From positions 1 to 48,272 of the IMG/VR virus record IMGVR_UViG_3300021082_000036: a DNA stretch of 48,272 bases; one strand, given 5' to 3'. This DNA is from a virus. Lineage: Duplodnaviria; Caudoviricetes. A model generated the notes under the pieces. The model saw only the letters and a list, made by a program, of their open reading frames with translations. It was not told the origin of the DNA and searched no databases. The position numbers and the translations under genes were made by a program. This document shows, piece by piece, positions 8,756 through 16,079 of the stretch (positions within the stretch are counted from its first letter, which is position 1; every line of letters begins with the position of its first letter).

Positions 8756-9094
8756 AGAGAGGACCCCGACCCTGTCGCGCCTTACCCCGTAGGGAGCTAC
8801 TCCCGATCCGCAGGCCCTCTCAGAGAGGACCCTACCGAACGGATGTGCGGCAGGGGGCAGGATCTGCAGATTCGTAGCTGGCGCTGGGGTGAGGCCCCCG
8901 AGCCAGGACCCGCGCACTCACCCGAGCGCGGGGGAAGCCCTCCCCCCGGCCCTAGCTAAGAGCTAGGGCTGGGCATGCGTGTGGGCAAGGCCTATCCCTT
9001 GGATAGTCCTTGCCTTACTGCCCCTCGTTCCTTGGCCCCTCACTGCGTAGCAGTGGCTGGGGAGGGTGGACAGTGGTGCTGCTGTCCTTGACCC

Positions 9095-9829
9095 TCAGCC
9101 CGTAGGGCTGAAGATGGAGCGCAGCTGCCGCCAGGTGGCCTGCTCCGCACCCTCTCTAGAGAGGGTCAGCGTGGCCTCCTCCTGCTGCAGTGGGTCGACG
9201 GAGTCGACGAGCGCCAGCACAGCGCGGGTCTGGCTCAAGCCTTCGGCTTGGAGAGCGCCAGCCACAGCCGCCTCAGCCAGATCCTCAGCCCGTAGGGCTA
9301 CCACTGCCTTCAGTGCCTTTCGGGGGGATAGACGAGGCTTTGCCTCTGTGTCGGGGTCCGAGGCAAGGGAGGCCAGCCCCTCGTCGGTCAGCGCCAGGTG
9401 CGAGTGGAAGACGCACACTTCCAGTCCCCGCATTCGGCCTACCCGGCAGCGCCGACCGTGGACCGTCATTGCCCTGCACCGCTTCTCCTCTGGGATCACA
9501 AGGCTTACAGCCTTGGTCCGGTGGACGTTCCCATCCTCGTCTTCGACGACCACAGGCTGCTTTGCAGCCTGCTTCCTGGCCCTGGCAGCGTTGCCGTTTC
9601 GGCGGTCCACCTCTCGCACCGGATCGGCGAGCAGTTCTACGCGCTGATCCCCCACCAAGAGGGACTGGGATACCACTTCGGACTGGGTAACCACTCCTTC
9701 GGAGTGACTGGGGTCGGTGAGTGGTGCAAGGGGTACAGCTTCGCTGAGGGATTCTGCAGCCCTTTCCGGGCGCGTCAGGGCTTCGCCCTGTGCGTCACTC
9801 ACGTAGCGGAAGCGTGGCGATCCCATCAC
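9095..9829 (-). CDS. putative terminase small subunit-like / Zn-finger protein (start uncertain)
   Basis: CRAMTVHGRRC...CVFH motif of the kind seen in actinophage TerS-like proteins; first gene of the minus-strand block leading to terL. Confidence 0.4.
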   Translation of the reverse strand: MMGSPRFRYVSDAQGEALTRPERAAESLSEAVPLAPLTDPSHSEGVVTQSEVVSQSLLVGDQRVELLADPVREVDRRNGNAARARKQAAKQPVVVEDEDGNVHRTKAVSLVIPEEKRCRAMTVHGRRCRVGRMRGLEVCVFHSHLALTDEGLASLASDPDTEAKPRLSPRKALKAVVALRAEDLAEAAVAGALQAEGLSQTRAVLALVDSVDPLQQEEATLTLSREGAEQATWRQLRSIFSPTG

Positions 9830-9893
9830 CTGATCCTACATGCTCGGAGCCGCCAACGCTACCCGCAAACCCGCATACCTGGGCCGTTTCACG

Positions 9894-10366
9894 GCCTCTA
9901 CGCGCCTTCGGATCTTCGATCCGGGCTGTTAGCATTCTGTTCGGATCACTGGACAGCTGCCCAATCCGTCAGCTAGGTTCGAAGCGGTTCGCCGATCCTG
10001 TCCCGGTTCGAACGGGGTAGCAGGGTAGGTGGCAAGCGGTTCCGCCGAGGGATGATCCCCGAAGGCCGATCCCGAGCCTCAATGTGACCCAGATGGACGA
10101 GGGAGACACGGACAGTTCCGCCTGGATCTCCCCTGCAGCGTCGGGAAGCCGAACAGATGCTGGGAAGGGGGATGTACCGAAGGTAAAGAGCCGCGTCGAG
10201 CCGGGAGGGAAAGCCTCCACGTCCACACAAACACACCCAACAGCATGCGACACCATTGGTGTTACCGCGCCGTTGGAGCTTCGGCTTTGGCTTTCTGCCG
10301 TCCGATGCTCCTCCGCCGCGGTGACGCCCACGGTGCCGAAGGCACTGGTGCATCACCACACGGAGG
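9894..10366 (+). ncRNA. structured non-coding element, copy A
   Basis: Collinear with 14151-14611, with 1-2 nt indels and compensatory stem changes; G-U pairs favour the + strand. Confidence 0.6.
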
Positions 10367-10373
10367 AGGCAGC

Positions 10374-10583
10374 ATGAAGAAAGCAGCGAAGCTCGGGACC
10401 CCCGTAGGGGGTCAGGAAGGCCGGATCCGGTGTGACCTTCGTGGTCACTTCAACGGCACACCCCGACCGAAGGTCGTCGGGGTCAGCGAGCAGGTTGCCT
10501 TGGCAACCCGCTACATGGAGCGGGACGCAGCGAAGGCCCTTCGGGCCTGGAAGCGGACTCTCCCGAAGGGAGTGAGGATCTAG
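10374..10583 (+). CDS. early hypothetical protein
   Basis: ACACGGAGG RBS at 10358. Confidence 0.65.
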   Translation: MKKAAKLGTPVGGQEGRIRCDLRGHFNGTPRPKVVGVSEQVALATRYMERDAAKALRAWKRTLPKGVRI

Positions 10584-10801
10584 TGGAAGCGGTCTACCTG
10601 ACCGTAGGTCAGATCGAGACGCTCTACCGCTTGTCGAAGACAAGCCAGATCGGGATGGAGCTTCGCTCCACAGTCTCCGATCAGTCGGTGGCTCACGTCG
10701 TCTCCGTCCTGAAGGACGGTTCGATGGGCTGGTCAGCCGTCCTCCCCGACGGCACAGGCCCGAACCTCTCTCCGAGAGGTCGACCGCTCTGGGAACGCTG
10801 A
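10583..10801 (+). CDS. early hypothetical protein
   Basis: Start overlaps the upstream stop; GAGG SD. Confidence 0.55.
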   Translation: MEAVYLTVGQIETLYRLSKTSQIGMELRSTVSDQSVAHVVSVLKDGSMGWSAVLPDGTGPNLSPRGRPLWER

Positions 10802-10881
10802 TCACGTAGTGATTCGGTGTGGCTCGTCACGGAGCCTCGCCGAATCCCTTCGGGAAGCGAAGGGCAACACGGAGGTACACG

Positions 10882-11310
10882 ATGGGCTGGAGCGATGCTC
10901 TGCAGGATGCAGAGCGTGAGATGTGGAACGAGATCGCCGTCAACGACGGCGGAGCAAGGGTGACCAGCACCTACGGTGCTGTCGAGACGAACGGCCTGGA
11001 CGATCACGTCAAGGCCCTTCGGGATGCCGTTCACAACGGCAGCGGCGAGATCGTAGATCTCGGAGACAAGCGGCTCGGACGCATCACCAGGCTTCGCCTG
11101 GTCACCGACCGGGACGTCCCATTCTGGGACTTCAGCTACTGCTACGGGACGCTGAAGGACGGCTCTGCCGTCCGGGTTCGGCTTCCCCTGTCGCAGTTCC
11201 CCAAGCAGGGCCTCAACCAGTCCCTGGTTGAGATGTGCCGCTCGGTCGGCGCGTTCGGCAAGGGTCTTGGGATCTTCGATCCCGAGGTCATCTCGAAGCT
11301 CTACGGATAG
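10882..11310 (+). CDS. early hypothetical protein
   Basis: ACACGGAGG RBS at 10867. Confidence 0.75.
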   Translation: MGWSDALQDAEREMWNEIAVNDGGARVTSTYGAVETNGLDDHVKALRDAVHNGSGEIVDLGDKRLGRITRLRLVTDRDVPFWDFSYCYGTLKDGSAVRVRLPLSQFPKQGLNQSLVEMCRSVGAFGKGLGIFDPEVISKLYG

Positions 11311-11370
11311 GGTCGATGGGGCCTCTAGAGGCCCTGTCGTTCCGTTCCGTTGGAACGGTGTACACGGAGG
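11305..11370 (+). repeat. two-hairpin leader module, copy 1
   Basis: GGATAGGGTCGATGG-hairpin-GTTCCGTTCC GTT GGAACGG-ACACGGAGG; also at 11804 and 12778. Confidence 0.8.
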
Positions 11371-11375
11371 TCAGC

Positions 11376-11798
11376 ATGAGCAACTACATGAGGCTGGACA
11401 CCGCAGAGCGGTGCCACTGTGGGGCGCACAAGCAGGGCAGTGACCACTGCCCTGAGTGTGGCTGCGAGGAGTTCGAGAGTCGCTGTGACCATGTCCACGT
11501 AGTGGACCCCACCTTCGTGGTGATTCACGGCAACCACACCTCGACGAAGTCGGTCGTCGACTACGTGGCCCACATCGTCTACGGATGCCCTCGCATCGAG
11601 GCTGTCCTGGTCGGGAGCCACTTCGTGGCTCTGGTCGAGTTCCCTGCCAGCCAGGCAACTCAAGCTCGAACTACGTTCGAGAGGATGGGCAGCTTCCCGC
11701 ACGGAGCCTGCATGGCGATGGACAAGGCTATCGCCTTGAGGGAGTTCGGCAGCTGGATCTACCACTACGCCCCCGGCACAGTCGTTGGAAACGACTGA
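11376..11798 (+). CDS. early hypothetical protein with N-terminal Zn ribbon
   Basis: CHCG...CPECGC motif; ACACGGAGG RBS. Confidence 0.7.
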   Translation: MSNYMRLDTAERCHCGAHKQGSDHCPECGCEEFESRCDHVHVVDPTFVVIHGNHTSTKSVVDYVAHIVYGCPRIEAVLVGSHFVALVEFPASQATQARTTFERMGSFPHGACMAMDKAIALREFGSWIYHYAPGTVVGND

Positions 11799-11803
11799 CC
11801 AGC

Positions 11804-11873
11804 GGACAGGGTCGGTGGGGCTTCGAGGAGCCTCGCCGTTCCATTCCGGTGGAATGGATGTACAACACGGAGG
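11804..11873 (+). repeat. two-hairpin leader module, copy 2
   Basis: GGACAGGGTCGGTGG...GCCGTTCCATTCC GGT GGAATGG...ACACGGAGG; compensatory G-C to A-T change in hairpin 2. Confidence 0.8.
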
Positions 11874-11881
11874 TGTCAAGC

Positions 11882-12655
11882 ATGGACATCATTCGCTTTC
11901 AGCGAATGGCTGAGGCTGGTGGCGTCGAGTACGACCTCGAAGAGGTCTACGGCGGCGAGATCCGTGGTCTACTGACCACGAACCAGAAGGTCGAGAAGGG
12001 TGAGAAGCAGGGATGGCTTACAGCCATCATGCACCTGGCCCCGGCGAAAGCCTCTGGCTTTCAGGTCTGCTCCTCGGCGACCAAGGGCTGCGAAGCAGCC
12101 TGCCTCAACACGGCGGGTCGTGGCGGGATCTTCACCAAGGGTGAAGTCGACAACGCCATCCAGAGGAAGCGCCGTCTTCGGACGGCGTGGTACTTCGCCA
12201 GGAGGAACGAGTTCCTCCTGCAGCTGGATGCCGAGATCGGCACCCACAAGCGGAGAGCAGCGCGGAAAGGCTTCCAGCCTGCCGTGCGGCTCAACGGGAC
12301 CAGCGACATCCGCTGGGAGTCGGTGAGGATCGATGGTCAGACGCTCTTCGAGCGTCACCCCGACGTCGTCTTCTACGACTACACCAAGCACAGCGACCGG
12401 GATGTCTCTGACATCCCGAACTACTCGCTGACGTTCTCGCTGGCCGAGAACAACGACAGCAAGGCTGTCGAGGCCCTCTCGAACGGGCTGAACGTGGCGG
12501 CGGTGTTCCACACCGTCCCCGAGACGTTCATGGGTCTTCCCGTCTTCGACGGGGATGCCTCGGACCTGAGGTTCCTCGACCCCTCTGGGGTCATCGTCGG
12601 CCTCAAGGCGAAGGGCAAGGCCCGGCAGGATCGCAGCAGCGGGTTCGTGAGGTGA
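11882..12655 (+). CDS. GP88-like protein (radical-SAM-related Cys motif)
   Basis: LAPA...C..AT.GC...CLN.AGRG, VRLNGTSDI.W, FYDYTK and Y.LTFS motifs. Confidence 0.75.
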   Translation: MDIIRFQRMAEAGGVEYDLEEVYGGEIRGLLTTNQKVEKGEKQGWLTAIMHLAPAKASGFQVCSSATKGCEAACLNTAGRGGIFTKGEVDNAIQRKRRLRTAWYFARRNEFLLQLDAEIGTHKRRAARKGFQPAVRLNGTSDIRWESVRIDGQTLFERHPDVVFYDYTKHSDRDVSDIPNYSLTFSLAENNDSKAVEALSNGLNVAAVFHTVPETFMGLPVFDGDASDLRFLDPSGVIVGLKAKGKARQDRSSGFVR

Positions 12656-12783
12656 GCGTCATCATCCAGATAGCGGTCATTCTGACCGTGATCTTCGCCA
12701 CTCCCCTCTTCGCTCCCTGGTGGCTGATTCTGCTCGTCTGGTGGATGGCCCTCTGGGCCATGCCGGACCTCAACGGCGGATAG
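12652..12783 (+). CDS. small Trp-rich membrane protein
   Basis: MSVIIQIAVILTVIFATPLFAPWWLILLVWWMALWAMPDLNGG; GTGA overlap with the upstream stop. Confidence 0.55.
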   Translation: MSVIIQIAVILTVIFATPLFAPWWLILLVWWMALWAMPDLNGG

Positions 12784-12842
12784 GGTCGGTGGCAGCCTCT
12801 GGCTGCTGCCGTTCCGTTCCGGTGGAACGGTTGACACGGAGG
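12778..12842 (+). repeat. two-hairpin leader module, copy 3
   Basis: GGATAGGGTCGGTGG...GCCGTTCCGTTCC GGT GGAACGG..ACACGGAGG. Confidence 0.8.
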
Positions 12843-12847
12843 TCGAC

Positions 12848-13306
12848 ATGCACTTCATGAACACCTGGGACATCGAGCGCTGCGTGGCGGTCTACGACCG
12901 ACACCCGATCCTCGGCCCAGCGTCGAAGACGCTGCTCAATCTGGAGCGGTGGACGAATCAGAACAGCGACGGTTGGGCCTATTGGCCCAAGCCCGTCCGG
13001 GCCGCGAAGAAGCTCATGGAGCTTCTGGAGCGGGACTACCGCTACGGCGAAGCCGAGGTGACCGAGGCGGAGTACAAGGCCGCTTTGCGGCCTATCAAGG
13101 CCTTCAGGACCCGACAGGGTGCTGACTTCGTCATCGAGGTGCCAGTCTCGGAGAGACTGGAGGAGCTTCGCAAGGTGATCCGCTCGGAGAGCATCTCCTG
13201 GGGAGAGCTTGCCGAGCTTCAGGGCCTCGCCCATCACATCTCCGATGGAGATGTCGAGCTTCTCGAATGGGCCGGGGTCGCCGAAGGCGAAAGACCGCTT
13301 GGCTGA
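12848..13306 (+). CDS. early hypothetical protein (actinophage-type N.NSDGW.YW.KP.RAA..L motif)
   Basis: Motif-like core; ACACGGAGG RBS. Confidence 0.75.
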   Translation: MHFMNTWDIERCVAVYDRHPILGPASKTLLNLERWTNQNSDGWAYWPKPVRAAKKLMELLERDYRYGEAEVTEAEYKAALRPIKAFRTRQGADFVIEVPVSERLEELRKVIRSESISWGELAELQGLAHHISDGDVELLEWAGVAEGERPLG

Positions 13307-13361
13307 GGTCACGGTGGGACCATTCGGTCCCGCCGCCTCTTCACCCAACACGGAGGGCAAC

Positions 13362-13685
13362 ATGCACGAAGGAGTGGTCGAAGACGGCACGATCTCGCGC
13401 TGTGGGATCTGCGGCTGTCAGGTTCACATGCTCGACCCGCTGGAGATGGACTGGATCTGCGATCCATGCTCCCTCGACGGCTGGTCGGGGTTCAAGTCGG
13501 CGTGGCGGCTTCGCCGCGGCGACATCATCCACCGTCGGGGCGAGAGCTTCACGGTGATGATGGAAGAGGCCTTCGGCCTCAAGGTTCTGCTCACCCTCCG
13601 GGGTGAGAAGGGTCAGGTCTTCGACCTGATGCTGAGGGCGACCGACAAGGTGTACATCCACCTTGACCGGGACGACTCGGTCTGA
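13362..13685 (+). CDS. early hypothetical protein with Zn ribbon
   Basis: CGICG...CDPC; ACACGGAGG RBS. Confidence 0.65.
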   Translation: MHEGVVEDGTISRCGICGCQVHMLDPLEMDWICDPCSLDGWSGFKSAWRLRRGDIIHRRGESFTVMMEEAFGLKVLLTLRGEKGQVFDLMLRATDKVYIHLDRDDSV

Positions 13686-13762
13686 CCTACGGTCAGTGAC
13701 GGTGGGGCCATGAGGCCCTGCCGTGTCTGCACCCGCAGGCAGTTCAACACGGAGGTACGCGC

Positions 13763-14149
13763 ATGAGCAAGGGCTTCGAGAGAGGCATGAGAGTCTTCAT
13801 CGAAGACTCTCGGGGTGGTCACTTCGGCATCGTCCAGGGGACCCTCCGGAGCGGACTGATCTCAGTCCGCTGGGACTCGGGAGCGTTCGAGCGCTGCACA
13901 CCCGAGGAACTGACGATCCAGTTCACCATCTCTGATGGTGAGGAGGAGCAGCTGACCCCGACGGGCCACGTCATCGGTGCCGAGTACTACTCGGCCTACT
14001 GGGGCGGTGCCTACAAGGTGATCGGTCCGAATGGACCGTACGGCGTCGAGGTCGAATGCACCGTCCCCGGTGGCGGAGCGCACCAGACCGAGGGTGAGCG
14101 CTGGACGCACATGACCACGCTCGACCCCAAGGATGTACGCATCGGCTAG
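13763..14149 (+). CDS. early hypothetical protein
   Basis: ACACGGAGG RBS at 13747. Confidence 0.7.
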   Translation: MSKGFERGMRVFIEDSRGGHFGIVQGTLRSGLISVRWDSGAFERCTPEELTIQFTISDGEEEQLTPTGHVIGAEYYSAYWGGAYKVIGPNGPYGVEVECTVPGGGAHQTEGERWTHMTTLDPKDVRIG

Positions 14150-14150
14150 A

Positions 14151-14611
14151 GCCTCACACGCACGTTCGGAGCGAAGCTCCGGGCTGTAAGGAGTTTGTTC
14201 GGATGACTGGACAGTAGCCCAACTCGACAGCTACTTCTAGAGGGCAGCGCCGAATCGTCCCGGTTCCGACGGGGTAGCGATGAGGTGGCAGCGGTTCCGG
14301 CCCTGGATGATCCCAGAAGCCTGATCCCGCAGCCTTGATGTCTGCCGCAGCGAGGGAGTCACGGTCAGCAGCGCCGACCTGCCTTCCCCCGAGCCATGGC
14401 ACAGATGCGATGCCGACAGCCGCCGTAGGGCGGAACGAAGCTGGAGGTGCTAGGCGGAGATCAGGGGAGGCAGCGAAGCAACGTCGTGACGAGCCGCCAG
14501 GGAGAGCCTGGGCGCTGCCACTACACACTCAAACATGCGACACCATCGGTGGGGTCCTTCGGGACCTCGCCCACGGTGCCGATACACGGTTCCGTTCACG
14601 ACACACGGAGG
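14151..14611 (+). ncRNA. structured non-coding element, copy B
   Basis: Fills the whole intergenic gap; homologous to 9894-10366. Confidence 0.6.
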
Positions 14612-14621
14612 TGTCACACGT

Positions 14622-15053
14622 ATGCCCAAGTTCAAGGTCGAGGTGAGCTTCAACCTCGGAACGACCATCGAGCCTGAGGTCAGCCGTCACCACTGGGACA
14701 CCAGCGGGACGAGCGAGTTCTCGGACGACAGCTACTTCCAGAGCGAGGAGGTCACCTCCTCGGGCGGTAGCCTCACGTTCGAGATCGAGGACGACGGCTT
14801 CGAGGACGAGGACGACGTCAAGTCATGGGTCGAGTCGAACGTCATTGCCGATGGCAATGAGGTGCAGGACGACAACGACCTGACCTGGATCGTCGAGGAC
14901 CTCGACATCGAGGTCGAGAAGCTGGAGATGAGCATCGAGGAGGCGGCAACGCTCCTTCGGAGCTTCCTCGACAGCCGCGAGCCTGCGTTCTTCGAGGCTC
15001 ACCCGACGGTGGCAGAGGCGCTCGACGTCCTGCTCAAGCATCACGACGCATAG
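14622..15053 (+). CDS. highly acidic hypothetical protein
   Basis: Asp/Glu-rich sequence; ACACGGAGG RBS. Confidence 0.75.
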   Translation: MPKFKVEVSFNLGTTIEPEVSRHHWDTSGTSEFSDDSYFQSEEVTSSGGSLTFEIEDDGFEDEDDVKSWVESNVIADGNEVQDDNDLTWIVEDLDIEVEKLEMSIEEAATLLRSFLDSREPAFFEAHPTVAEALDVLLKHHDA

Positions 15054-15140
15054 CCGTCCGACAGCGGGTGGGGGAGCTTGCTCCCCTCGCCCGGTGCGGT
15101 ACGTCTGGCACCATCACGACGACACGGAGGTGTCACGCAT

Positions 15141-15563
15141 ATGAGTCTCAACTGGTCGCTCGCCGACATCGAGAACTGGGACGAGGTCTGCCACATCGTG
15201 GCGACCGTGGACTGGCCGATGGACGGCACGAAGAAGGGTGACAAGCTGCTCAACCCGGTCACGACCGCGCTGATCTGGCACAGCCTGAACACGGGCATCG
15301 GTCGGATCAAGGCGGAGAACGCGGCTGAGGTCTTCGCCCGGATCTCCCTGGTCGAGGAGCTTTACGGCTCCTCGCTGCGGAGCGGTGACGGCAAGGATCG
15401 TCGGATCACGATGGACGACGTCGCCGCCCACGTTGGTCTGTCGACCAACGCATCGTTCAAGGACGAGTCCCGCGCCAGCTTCATGAAGCGCCACGTCACG
15501 TCCAAGCTCGACGGCAAGGCGAAGGCGTACGAGCGGTACGCCAAGCAGGAGGTCCCGGCCTGA
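15141..15563 (+). CDS. hypothetical protein
   Basis: ACACGGAGG RBS at 15122; typical codon usage. Confidence 0.75.
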   Translation: MSLNWSLADIENWDEVCHIVATVDWPMDGTKKGDKLLNPVTTALIWHSLNTGIGRIKAENAAEVFARISLVEELYGSSLRSGDGKDRRITMDDVAAHVGLSTNASFKDESRASFMKRHVTSKLDGKAKAYERYAKQEVPA

Positions 15564-15772
15564 TGCCGCGGGACTACACCGACGCCGTTCGCCGGGTCGA
15601 CGCCGACATCCTGTCGGCTCGCTCGACGGACGAGATCGTCGCCCGGATCCCGGCCAAGCACCTGTACGACGCGCTGTGCGTGTTCCTGCTCGACGAGGAG
15701 CTTCGCCCGGTGCTGGAGATCCTCTCTCCGAAGGCTGTCGAGCAAGCTCGACACGCTCTGCTGCTCACGTAG
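15563..15772 (+). CDS. hypothetical protein
   Basis: TGATG overlap; AGGAGG SD. Confidence 0.6.
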   Translation: MPRDYTDAVRRVDADILSARSTDEIVARIPAKHLYDALCVFLLDEELRPVLEILSPKAVEQARHALLLT

Positions 15773-15783
15773 CGTCCGGCAGT

Positions 15784-15823
15784 GGGTGTGGACAGTAGCA
15801 CTTGTGCTACACTGTCCATGCCC
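15784..15823. promoter_or_regulatory. nested inverted repeat (candidate operator/promoter) upstream of the HTH gene
   Basis: GGGTGTGGACAGTAGCAC TT GTGCTACACTGTCCATGCCC; contains a TG-TACACT -10-like hexamer. Confidence 0.5.
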
Positions 15824-15858
15824 AGTGCGGATGTCCGCGCTGTAACCGAGAGGAAAGG

Positions 15859-16074
15859 ATGGCAGCACGACCGATCAGCAAGACCCGGTTCGCGGAGGCG
15901 GTCCAAGACCGCCTGCTCGACACGCATCAGGTGATGGAGATGCTCGGCGTACGTAGCCGGACGACCATCGCCAACATGGTCGCAGCTGGGACTCTCCCGG
16001 CTCCGATTCTCAAGGTGGAGAGGGTGTACTCCCTCTGGGATCGCCTCGCCATCGAATCGCACACACGGAGGTAA
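15859..16074 (+). CDS. AlpA/excisionase-like HTH DNA-binding protein
   Basis: LLDTHQVMEMLGVRSRTTIANMVAAGTLPAP...W pattern. Confidence 0.75.
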   Translation: MAARPISKTRFAEAVQDRLLDTHQVMEMLGVRSRTTIANMVAAGTLPAPILKVERVYSLWDRLAIESHTRR

Positions 16075-16079
16075 CACAG

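Larger units (their letters stand above)
8780..14965. repeat. dense field of short perfect inverted repeats with 3-nt spacers
   Basis: Dozens of 5-10 bp stems, e.g. CAGCCC-GTA-GGGCTG 9096, GACCCCC-GTA-GGGGGTC 10397, CAGCGTC-GAA-GACGCTG 12918, CCAGTCTC-GGA-GAGACTGG 13142. Confidence 0.85.

Noticed and set aside
9959-9986. CCCAATCCGTCAGCTA...GAAGCG resembles the 3' end of the c-di-AMP (ydaO) riboswitch
   Set aside because: The required upstream GGGGAACC and GGGGTGAATC elements are missing in both copies. A cmscan run would settle it.
9969-10359. Minus-strand ORFs within the duplicated element (also 14154..14528)
   Set aside because: Frame-breaking indels between the two copies and no sustained protein similarity.
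11305-12842. Repeated modules as a CRISPR array
   Set aside because: The repeats are separated by whole genes rather than 30-40 nt spacers, and no cas operon is present. The Cas4-like gene is a common standalone phage exonuclease.
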